Shown in pieces: positions 51,510 through 59,952 of a DNA stretch of 64,000 nucleotides (the stretch's first letter is position 1; every line of letters begins with the position of its first letter). Origin of the DNA: Candidatus Babeliales bacterium. Lineage in GTDB: Bacteria; Babelota; Babeliae; Babelales; Vermiphilaceae. The notes beneath the pieces are model-generated. The model was not told the origin of the DNA and made no database searches. It worked only from the letters and a program-made list of their open reading frames with translations. A program made the translations under genes and the position numbers. The stretch spans positions 754,595 through 818,594 of the forward strand of contig CAVUQO010000003.1 of assembly GCA_963743635.1 (NCBI GenBank), read 5' to 3'.

Positions 51510-52856
51510 ATGAAACCATTAGGCATCTGGGGCCTGGGCGTGGTCGGCCAATCGGTCGCCCGCTATTGCCTCGCTCATAATATACCGATAACCCTCCTCA
51601 ATGATCGCTCTTTAACGCCCGATCAGCAAAAATTTCTTCAGGAGCATGATATTTCCTGCCTAGAGGGCATCGCATCGATAGAACCATTTTTGAGCCAACA
51701 TGAACGGATTCTGGTGAGTGCAGGCATCGATTTGCGCAACTATCAGCAGCATGCCCATAAATTTATCGGAGAGTTGGATCTCTTTGCCCAAGAATGGCAT
51801 AAGCCTTTCATTGCCATCACGGGCACCGTCGGCAAAACAACGGTGACGCATGTCCTTGGCGCCGTCCTTAATCACTTTGGTAAAAAGACGGCAATCGGAG
51901 GCAACATTGGCGTTGGGCTATGCGATCTTCTTCAAACTGCACAAGATGCGGAGTCCGCAGTACTTGAAGTTTCAAGCTTTCAGCTCGAGCTCAGCAAATC
52001 ATTCGCCGCAGACTTGGCGATATGGACAAATTTTTCTGCTAATCACATCGATCGTCATGGCACACTTGAAGCCTATCACGCAGCAAAAAATAATCTCATC
52101 ACGATGCAGCATGCCGGACAAAAAGCATTAGTACCATTTTCATTACACAATCAAATAAAAAAAGGTGGCAGCGAGATCTTTTATTTTTCCGATGAAAATC
52201 CCGACGTAGCCTTGGCGAAGACGGGTGAGAAACCTTCCACTGCTCAGATGGATACTCTCCAAGCGTTCTATTTTGACGATAATCAACTTCGCTGCAATTA
52301 TGCGACAATCGCACACATTGATGCACATCCTGAAACATTGTTGCGTGAAAACTGGTTAATCATCGCATCCGCTTTGCATTTGCTCGGACTCACCGAACAC
52401 ATCAATGATGCGGCTGCTTTTATTGACACACTCGCAAAGCCGGAACATCGGCTTGAATTGATTGGAAATTTTGGCGGGAAATTATTTTATAACGATTCAA
52501 AGGCAACCACCCCTACTGCTACCAATGCAGCATTAGAACAATTCAAAGATAAATCAGTAACGCTTATTGTCGGAGGCGTGAGCAAAGGCGTCGATCGCAC
52601 TCCATTCATGCAATCATTACCCAAACATGTTTCGCACGTTATTTGCTTTGGGAGCGAAGCAAAAGATCTTGCTGATGCATGCTCTTTGAGCAATGTAAGC
52701 ACCTGCGCATCGCTTGAAGAAGTGGTAAAAATTGCGCATGAAAAAAGCGCCCCCGGCGAGATTATATTATTCTCACCAGCTGGCGCTAGTTATGATTTGT
52801 TTACCAATTATATTGAGCGAGGAAATTTATTTAAGAAGTTGGTCATCAATATTTAA
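51510..52856 (+). CDS. murD: UDP-N-acetylmuramoylalanine--D-glutamate ligase
   Basis: GLGVVG, ITGTVGKTT, GGNIG, LEVSSFQL, HRLE, NDSKAT, SPAGASYDLF...RG. Confidence 0.96.
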   Translation: MKPLGIWGLGVVGQSVARYCLAHNIPITLLNDRSLTPDQQKFLQEHDISCLEGIASIEPFLSQHERILVSAGIDLRNYQQHAHKFIGELDLFAQEWHKPFIAITGTVGKTTVTHVLGAVLNHFGKKTAIGGNIGVGLCDLLQTAQDAESAVLEVSSFQLELSKSFAADLAIWTNFSANHIDRHGTLEAYHAAKNNLITMQHAGQKALVPFSLHNQIKKGGSEIFYFSDENPDVALAKTGEKPSTAQMDTLQAFYFDDNQLRCNYATIAHIDAHPETLLRENWLIIASALHLLGLTEHINDAAAFIDTLAKPEHRLELIGNFGGKLFYNDSKATTPTATNAALEQFKDKSVTLIVGGVSKGVDRTPFMQSLPKHVSHVICFGSEAKDLADACSLSNVSTCASLEEVVKIAHEKSAPGEIILFSPAGASYDLFTNYIERGNLFKKLVINI

Positions 52857-52870
52857 TGGTTCTAACATCT

Positions 52871-53203
52871 TTAGTTTTTCGGATTTTGATTTGGGCTAGT
52901 CTTTTTCAAAATAGACTTCGATGGCCTTGCATCGCGATCATGCCTATGATGAGTATGCATTGATTGCAGAGTAGCGGCTGCTGCTGCTTGCGAAGCTGGA
53001 TATAATTTTCGGTTTATTTCAACATAACGCTGACCATTCCACTTACCATTTTGAATATGTATAATCGTGGTAGGCTTGCCTTGAAAGTGTTCTGCTCTCT
53101 CTTTTATGGTATTTGGATCTTGTGGTCCTGTTGGCCTTTCCATCCCAAATGCCGCCGATGCGCTGAAACAAATTACTATTAATAGTGTATTACGTATATT
53201 CAT
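52871..53203 (-). CDS. Small secreted hypothetical protein (paralog family)
   Basis: Signal peptide MNIRNTLLIVIC...AFGME. Confidence 0.7.
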   Translation of the reverse strand: MNIRNTLLIVICFSASAAFGMERPTGPQDPNTIKERAEHFQGKPTTIIHIQNGKWNGQRYVEINRKLYPASQAAAAATLQSMHTHHRHDRDARPSKSILKKTSPNQNPKN

Positions 53204-53237
53204 ATAACATCCATTACATTAAACATATAAAAAATCT

Positions 53238-53639
53238 TTAATAATTTTCTGATGGTATTCCACCAGTGTGAGATTCTGCGTTTGAAGTAGGCCACGCTGC
53301 GCTCATCTGAATGAACCTTTGATGCGCCAATAATCTTTGATATTCCAATTGCTCCTGCTCTACACGTTCATATGCTTCTCGAGCAGCTCTTCTTGCTTCT
53401 TCAAGTGCATCTTGCATTGCTTTTTCACGTGCATCTCGTATTGCTTTTTCACGTGCTTGTTGAGCAGCTATTACTTCAGGTGATGTCGGGTCCGTGTACT
53501 TTGTACTATCAATAACCCATATTTTTTTAAGCTTCTGGGCACGAAAACTATTGATGCGCTCTTGAAAATCATCCGTCATCGCATATGCAACTGAGGGAAT
53601 CATACAGATTATCAACGCAAACATACTATGCTTATTCAT
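53238..53639 (-). CDS. Small secreted coiled-coil protein (paralog family)
   Basis: Signal peptide ...ICMIPSVAYAM. Confidence 0.7.
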   Translation of the reverse strand: MNKHSMFALIICMIPSVAYAMTDDFQERINSFRAQKLKKIWVIDSTKYTDPTSPEVIAAQQAREKAIRDAREKAMQDALEEARRAAREAYERVEQEQLEYQRLLAHQRFIQMSAAWPTSNAESHTGGIPSENY

Positions 53640-53751
53640 ACAAAATCCTTATTTTTCTAAAAAAGAATTGTTTAACTAATATTTTCCACCTCTTCATTTA
53701 AGTTTATCACAACCTTAATTATTGTCAAATGGAAAACATTTCACGGGGGCC

Positions 53752-54544
53752 AAACCTGTAAAAAATGCCTAAGCTTAAACGATTAATTCTGAAAACCCAC
53801 CTATATTAGACTGGGCAGTGTGGTTTTTCGAAAAATTCTATTATCGAATCGACTTCAGTGCTTGTGCCGCTATACGTGCACGCTCTAGCTGTCGGAGTGC
53901 CCGCTCTCTTTCCTCTTGCTGACGTTGAATCTCTTGCAGACGCTCTTCTTCTTGTTTACGCATAAACTCTGCTCGCTTGAGCTCTCGCTGTTGTCGCTCT
54001 TCTTCTTGCCGTTGCCTTGCTATGATTGCCTGTCGCTGTTCGGTTAACGCCCATTGACGCTCTGCTTCTTGCCGAAGCGGTTCTTCTTCTTGCTGACGCA
54101 GCCGTTCTACTTCCTGACGCAGTCGTCGTTGTTCGCGCGCCTGCTGCTCTTCACGGCGTCGGCGATTATTGGCTTCGTTAATAGCATCTTGACTATATAG
54201 TCGCCCACCTGCAATGAAAAATCTTCTGGTACCTCGAGCCCGCATTGCAGCGATTCTTTGATTAAAATAATTAAAATCTTGATTATCCATTGCATGCGCC
54301 ACTGAACTAATCATACAGATTGTCAGCATAAATATGGTACGTATATTCATATAAAACTCCTGCCCTTAAGGCATAAAACCTATTATTATACTCTATAATC
54401 TATTTTACCGCGCTTTACACATATTTTCAAATGGTAAAGCCCAGCGGATTGACTAAACCTGTAAATACCCTGAATTTGCCAAACGATTGACTCTGAAAAC
54501 CCACCTATACTAGGCTGGGCAGTGTGTTTTTTCGAGAAATTCTA
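53752..54544. repeat. About 90-bp direct repeats (53752-53840 and 54455-54544) flanking the 53841 gene
   Basis: tctgaaaacccacctata.tag.ctgggcagtgtg...tttcga.aaattcta present twice. Confidence 0.85.
53841..54350 (-). CDS. Small secreted Arg/Glu/Gln-rich coiled-coil protein (paralog family)
   Basis: Signal peptide MNIRTIF...ICMISSVAHAM. Confidence 0.72.
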   Translation of the reverse strand: MNIRTIFMLTICMISSVAHAMDNQDFNYFNQRIAAMRARGTRRFFIAGGRLYSQDAINEANNRRRREEQQAREQRRLRQEVERLRQQEEEPLRQEAERQWALTEQRQAIIARQRQEEERQQRELKRAEFMRKQEEERLQEIQRQQEERERALRQLERARIAAQALKSIR

Positions 54545-54557
54545 TATAAGGACTGCT

Positions 54558-55673
54558 ATGTCTGTACGAAAAACAATGAATGCCGATTTAAGTATGTTTT
54601 TGATCAGTATTGTCACACTGATCATTGTCGGACTTATCTTTATCTATTCCTCAAGCTCAGTGTTCGCGCTTGAGCGCTTTGGGTCCGCGCACTATTTTGT
54701 AAAAAAGCAGTGCATTGGACTTATACTCGGTATTTTCGGTCTCATTGTTGCGCGCCTGATCCCGCTTAATCTTATTAAACATTTGAGTCCCTGGTTTTTT
54801 TTGACGTCTTTAGTATTCACTGCATGCACCCTACTGCCACAAATCGGAGAGCGCATTCATGGATCAAGCCGCTGGCTCAAAATCGGCCCCTTCGGATTTC
54901 AACCCAGTGAATTGATTAAAGTGTCATTCATTCTTTATCTTGCCTATTTCTTGAGCAAAAGAATTCATCGCTCGTCATCATTTGTCCATAATTTTTTACC
55001 CTTTTTGTGCATCCTCGGCGTCACCAGCGGCCTACTGCTCAAACAGCCCGATTTTGGACTCACCGTCACCCTCACGCTCACCGCATGCGCCATGTTATTC
55101 GTAGCCGAATTTCAAACACGCGATCTTGTCTGCACCCTCCTTGCATTAATTCCGATCGTCATCACGCTTGTTTGTTTTAAAGCATATCGCATGAAACGTA
55201 TTTTAACGTTCTTAAATCCATGGTCTGATCCGCAAGGCGCTGGCTTTCAAATCATTCAATCGCTCATTGCAATCGGTTCAGGGCGCTATAGCGGTGTTGG
55301 TATTGCCCATTCAAAACAAAAATTTTTCTATCTACCGATGCAACATACCGATTTTATTTTCTCGATCATCGCCGAAGAAACCGGTTTTATCGGTTCTTGT
55401 TTTTTAATTCTGCTCCTCACGATCATGCTCTACTTTGGCTATCGCATTGCCTGGCGCATGACTGATCCTTTTTGTATTTTTTCAACCTTTGGATTTGTGA
55501 CGTTGATCAGCTTACAATCAATTATTAATCTCACCGTTGCCACCGGCCTTGCGCCGACAAAAGGCATCGGTCTTCCATTCGTGAGTTACGGTAATACCGC
55601 ACTTATTTGCCATTTGGTCATGATTGGATTAATTATGAATATGGTTAATACTACTTCATTCGATATGCGCTAA
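54558..55673 (+). CDS. ftsW: Cell division peptidoglycan glycosyltransferase FtsW
   Basis: IYSSS, GSSRW, FQPSELIK, LKQPDFG, LPMQHTDFIFSIIAEE.G, PTKGIGLPFVSYG. Confidence 0.95.
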   Translation: MSVRKTMNADLSMFLISIVTLIIVGLIFIYSSSSVFALERFGSAHYFVKKQCIGLILGIFGLIVARLIPLNLIKHLSPWFFLTSLVFTACTLLPQIGERIHGSSRWLKIGPFGFQPSELIKVSFILYLAYFLSKRIHRSSSFVHNFLPFLCILGVTSGLLLKQPDFGLTVTLTLTACAMLFVAEFQTRDLVCTLLALIPIVITLVCFKAYRMKRILTFLNPWSDPQGAGFQIIQSLIAIGSGRYSGVGIAHSKQKFFYLPMQHTDFIFSIIAEETGFIGSCFLILLLTIMLYFGYRIAWRMTDPFCIFSTFGFVTLISLQSIINLTVATGLAPTKGIGLPFVSYGNTALICHLVMIGLIMNMVNTTSFDMR

Positions 55674-55733
55674 AAATATGCTACAATAAGATCTATGTTT
55701 ATTAATATGCATTTATAAGATGAATATTTTTCC

Positions 55734-55908
55734 CCGTTCGCCCTGAGTGTTTCGATCCATATGGATCGAAATGTGTCGAATGGGTCGGGGATACATAAAT
55801 ATACAAATTTATTGAATACACAAAATTAAATACCAAATTACTCCGTTACCCGTTCGACACATTCTTCGCCTTCATATACATTCGACTCAGAACACTCAGG
55901 GCGAACGG
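55734..55908. repeat. Inverted doublet of palindromic element family A (REPIN-like)
   Basis: Perfect 18-bp ends ccgttcgccctgagtgtt / aacactcagggcgaacgg; inner aatgtgtcgaa.ggg / ccc.ttcgacacatt. Confidence 0.8.
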
Positions 55909-55947
55909 AGATACTATCATTCGTTAAATGACAAAATAAGGATCATA

Positions 55948-56677
55948 ATGATTGAAAACAATATTCCTCAAAAAGATGCTGGCATCCTAGCCAAAACCAT
56001 CGAAACCCTCGACCCACTGGGTGACGGCATCAGCGCATTGCAGCTCATTCGCATCTCTGGTTCTGATGTTGACGTGGTCAACGGCGCGCGCGTTTCCTAT
56101 GGTAAATTTACCGACACGCTCAGTGAACGTGATGAAAAATTAATTAACTTCCTCATGGAACACGATCACACGAGTCCTTTTGAACACAATCAACTTTCAT
56201 TCCGCGTTAAATGCCCTATCTACGTCGGGCGCCAATGGATGCGTCATCGCATGAGTTCGTATAATGAAATTAGTTATCGCTACGTACAATCAGCGCTTGA
56301 ATTTTACATTCCTGCAAAATGGCGTGCGCAAGATACGCATAACAAACAATCATCAACTGCCCCGTTTGAAAATGAAGCATTATTAGAGCAATATAAAGCG
56401 ACGCTGAAAAACTGCGGTGAAACGTACGAACATCTGATTGCACAAGGCGTCTGCCGTGAACAAGCGCGCGGCCTACTACCAACCTGCACCTACACCGAAT
56501 TTATTTATACGGTGAATATGCATTCACTTATGAACTTCTTGCGTCTTACGCCTACATCCTGGCGCACAATGGGAAATCAGAAAGTATGCAGAGGGCATGC
56601 TCAAACTCGCCCTGCCCCACTTTCCGATATCATTGCGCGCGTGGAAGAAAAAACACGCCCCCGATTTGGAATTCTAA
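55948..56677 (+). CDS. thyX: FAD-dependent thymidylate synthase, frameshifted near 56546
   Basis: ARVSY, HTSPFEH, RQWMRHR..SYNEISYRY, REQARGLLP; shifted frame gives LRLHPGAQWEIRKYA...DLEF* ending at 56677. Confidence 0.93.
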
Positions 56678-56826
56678 CCCTTCCGTCTACGTTTATCCGG
56701 GTCTTCCCTACTTCGTTGCTTTGCAACTACGAAGGGCAAGCAGGCCAAGGTTCTTCGAAGCTCCCAAGTGAGCGTAGTAGAATCGGCAAACTACGCCGGA
56801 CGCAGTCGTGAGGGTCCTGCCGACGT

Positions 56827-56860
56827 CCGTTCATGGTGAGTGGTGAAACGTATCGAACCA
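56827..56860. repeat. Palindromic element family A
   Basis: ccgttcatggtgagtggtgaaacgtatcgaacca. Confidence 0.6.
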
Positions 56861-56861
56861 A

Positions 56862-58280
56862 GGATTATCGGAAGTTTTTAACAAAAAAGAGCGGCGCACT
56901 GTCGAAACAATGCGCCGCTCTTTTTACTTTATTCTATCTTACTTGGTATCAGCTTCAATCTTCGCTATCTCTTTTTTGAAGAATCGCTCTTCAAAAAAGA
57001 GATTCACTTCTTTGAGGGCTATTGCAACCCCGCAACAATGACGCTCACATGATCTGCGCTACCCCGATTAAGCGCTTCCCGCACAAGAGCATTAGCAGCT
57101 TTACTGAAATTTGTCGGGTCATTATTTAGCTCACCTTTTACGATATCAACTGCCCCTTGGCGATCAAGCACATCCCATACGCCATCTGATGCTATAATTA
57201 AGAATTCATCTTTCGGCGTCACAAAGGTAGATGTTATTTCAGGATCTGGAATTGAATAGGGATTAAATTTCTTATCCCCTAATGTACGGGAAAGATGAAG
57301 TCGCAGGAAAAAGTCTTTATACTTTTCCCACCCCTCCAAACCTTCATGCTCATTGAGATAGACCTTTTTTACTCGCTCCATCTCATCAGGTCGCAACCTC
57401 GGCGTATGATCTTGCGAAAGCGGGATTGCAATACCAGCATTACAAAGCACGGCACGTGAGTCACCCGCATTAGCGACCACCAAAAGATTGCCACGTATAA
57501 CGGCTACTGTTGCAGTAGAACCTTGATTATTTCCATATTCACCGAGATCATTATTCGTTTTTATAAAACCAGCCGTCAGGCCTTCCTTGATCTCTTCTAA
57601 TGTTTTTCTCTCTGCAAGATCGCAATTCTCATGAAGATATTGCGCTGCATAATCAGCAACTTTACTACCAAGATGTCCATCATAGAGGCCAAAAAAAGCA
57701 TAATCGCTCGCTATTTCAACGTGATACCTATCTTCCATAGCTATCTTCTTACGACTAAAATTTTCATCTGCAGCATATCCGAACTGCTTTTGCACAACCT
57801 CTTTTTGCTTGTTGATTAATGCATTAATACCAATCAAAGAAAAGGGTATGCATAACACTGCAAGCATGAGATTTCTCATATACATTTTCATAAAGTTCCT
57901 TCTGATACATACTATTTAATCATGCCAATTAGATAAGCCTTTTGGGCCTGTCTATAAGGATAACAGGCCTCCCTAAAGACTCAACAGCCCCCATTAAATG
58001 GGGATATCCATTGATTGAATGCATTCAGGCGCCTGCTATAGGATAATTATCATTTAATTCTAACCTGAACAACACCATTTTGGCTGTAATTCTAATTTTA
58101 TAGCCAGCCATCCCAGGTTCAAAATACGATAAGGGCTCCTAGAGGTTAAGCTCGTCGTCTTGCATTAGAAAATAACACAAAAAATTAATCCCCAATCCCG
58201 ACATAACACTCGGATTATCGGAAGTATTTAACAAAAAAGAGCGACGCACTGTCGAAACAATGCGTCGCTCTTTTTACTTT
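56862..58280. repeat. 69-bp direct repeats (56862-56930 and 58212-58280) containing a terminator, flanking the PP2C gene
   Basis: 3 mismatches, two of which form a compensatory stem pair (G-C versus A-T). Confidence 0.9.
57019..57891 (-). CDS. Secreted PP2C/PPM-family Ser/Thr phosphatase
   Basis: MEDR, FFGLYDGH.G, GSTA, ANAGDSRAVL, SRTLGD, IASDGVWD, GSAD; N-terminal signal peptide. Confidence 0.93.
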   Translation of the reverse strand: MKMYMRNLMLAVLCIPFSLIGINALINKQKEVVQKQFGYAADENFSRKKIAMEDRYHVEIASDYAFFGLYDGHLGSKVADYAAQYLHENCDLAERKTLEEIKEGLTAGFIKTNNDLGEYGNNQGSTATVAVIRGNLLVVANAGDSRAVLCNAGIAIPLSQDHTPRLRPDEMERVKKVYLNEHEGLEGWEKYKDFFLRLHLSRTLGDKKFNPYSIPDPEITSTFVTPKDEFLIIASDGVWDVLDRQGAVDIVKGELNNDPTNFSKAANALVREALNRGSADHVSVIVAGLQ

Positions 58281-58293
58281 TAATTGCGCCTGA

Positions 58294-59808
58294 TTAATCT
58301 TTCCAATTCATCAGCATATCAACGAACAATCGTACACCGACGCCCGTTGCGCTTGCAGGACGATAGTACGGTAAATCAGGTACATCAAATGCAGTTCCTG
58401 CGATATCAAGATGAACCCAAGGCACATCATCCACAAAGTTCTGCAAGAAGAATCCTGCCGTTACCGCGCCCGCGCGATACGTTGGACTTCCGATATTGCA
58501 AATATCGGCAATGGTTGATTTAATCGCTGGTTTATAGTCGTCATTAAATGGTAATGGCCACACGCGATCGCCTGAACGTTTCGCTGCTTCTTCTACGCGT
58601 TTTGCAAGATCAGGATGCTGACTCATAAGCCCGGTATAGAAAGGCCCGAGCGCGTATGCGCATGCGCCAGTCAACGTTGCAATATCAATCATTGCATCCG
58701 GTTTATAATGTTTTACCGCATACGAAAGTGCGTCAGCTAAGATCAAACGCCCTTCTGCATCGGTATTTTTAACTTCTGCAGTTTTACCATTATAGAATCG
58801 CAGAATATCGCCCGGCTTGGTTGCCTTACCACTTGGTAAATTTTCAGAAATTGGCGTCAAAGCAATCACGTTTACTTTTGGTTTGAGCTGCGCAATTGCT
58901 TGCATCGTTGCAATGACGGCAGCCGCGCCTGACATATCTTCCTTCATGGTTTCCATGCTTTGCGCTGGCTTTATGCTCAATCCGCCTGAATCGAACGTAA
59001 TGCCTTTACCAACGAGCGCGATGGTTGGCGCTGTTTTTTTGTCGCAATGATATTCCATGATCACAAACTGGCAGTCACGGTCTGAACCGCGAGAAACGCC
59101 CGCAAGTCCGCCCATGCCCATTTCAATGATTTGTTTTTCATTGAATACGGTGAAGGTAAGATCATATTTTTTTGCTATTTTTTTCGCTTCATCGGCAAGA
59201 TGTGGCGGCGTTAGCACACATGGTGGAGAATCAATCCAATGACGCGCAAGATTCGTTGCCTGCGCAATAATCTCTGCTTCTTTCACGCCCGCATGTACTG
59301 GTTTTACATCATCATGAACGATAATCAATTCAAATTGCGCCGGATGATGTTGCTTTTTATCGCTATGAAATTCCGCAAAATAATAGGCAGCTAATTGCGC
59401 AGTCAATGCGGTTTCTTTTGCCAATTCTTCGACGTCAACGCCAATGCGTTTTACGCTCGGCAATTCGACGGCAACTTGCTTGACATGAATACGATCTGCA
59501 GTGCGCACCAGCGTACCAACGGCACGGCGATAGGATTCAAGCGTGGCATATTTATCCGAATCTTTTTTACCAAATCCGACAAAGATCAATGTTTTAACAT
59601 GCTTATGGCCTGAGACTGGAACTACGAGTGAACTTTTTGCGTCGCCCGTAAAATCACGATCATGCATCAATGATTTAAGATCAGGGAAAAATGTTTGCGC
59701 TACCTCTTGAAGGTCTTTGGAGAAAGTAAAATCTTTCTCAACAAAAAAAGCCAAACAATCAGCTGATTGCTCGACTATCGCTTTTTTGCTTGTGGTAATC
59801 GTTAACAT
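58294..59808 (-). CDS. pepA: Leucyl aminopeptidase (M17)
   Basis: VGKGITFDSGG, MKEDMSGAA, NTDAEGRLILADAL, ATLTGA, WVHLDIAG. Confidence 0.96.
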   Translation of the reverse strand: MLTITTSKKAIVEQSADCLAFFVEKDFTFSKDLQEVAQTFFPDLKSLMHDRDFTGDAKSSLVVPVSGHKHVKTLIFVGFGKKDSDKYATLESYRRAVGTLVRTADRIHVKQVAVELPSVKRIGVDVEELAKETALTAQLAAYYFAEFHSDKKQHHPAQFELIIVHDDVKPVHAGVKEAEIIAQATNLARHWIDSPPCVLTPPHLADEAKKIAKKYDLTFTVFNEKQIIEMGMGGLAGVSRGSDRDCQFVIMEYHCDKKTAPTIALVGKGITFDSGGLSIKPAQSMETMKEDMSGAAAVIATMQAIAQLKPKVNVIALTPISENLPSGKATKPGDILRFYNGKTAEVKNTDAEGRLILADALSYAVKHYKPDAMIDIATLTGACAYALGPFYTGLMSQHPDLAKRVEEAAKRSGDRVWPLPFNDDYKPAIKSTIADICNIGSPTYRAGAVTAGFFLQNFVDDVPWVHLDIAGTAFDVPDLPYYRPASATGVGVRLFVDMLMNWKD

Positions 59809-59898
59809 AGGCACCACCTTTAGGTTGTTAATATGTCTGTTATATTTAGATAATCGTAGCACAAATTGAAAAAAGCCAAAAATTCTTCACATAAGTAA

Positions 59899-59928
59899 AA
59901 GAGCCCTCGACTTTCGTCGAGGGCTCTT
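59899..59928 (-). terminator. Intrinsic terminator
   Basis: aagagccctcgac-tttc-gtcgagggctctt. Confidence 0.7.
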
Positions 59929-59952
59929 GCGTACTATCAAACGCTTTGTGCA

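Noticed and set aside
56546..56811. Extended ThyX C-terminus in the ORF track
   Set aside because: Result of a frameshift; the conserved AQWEIR motif is in another frame ending at 56677
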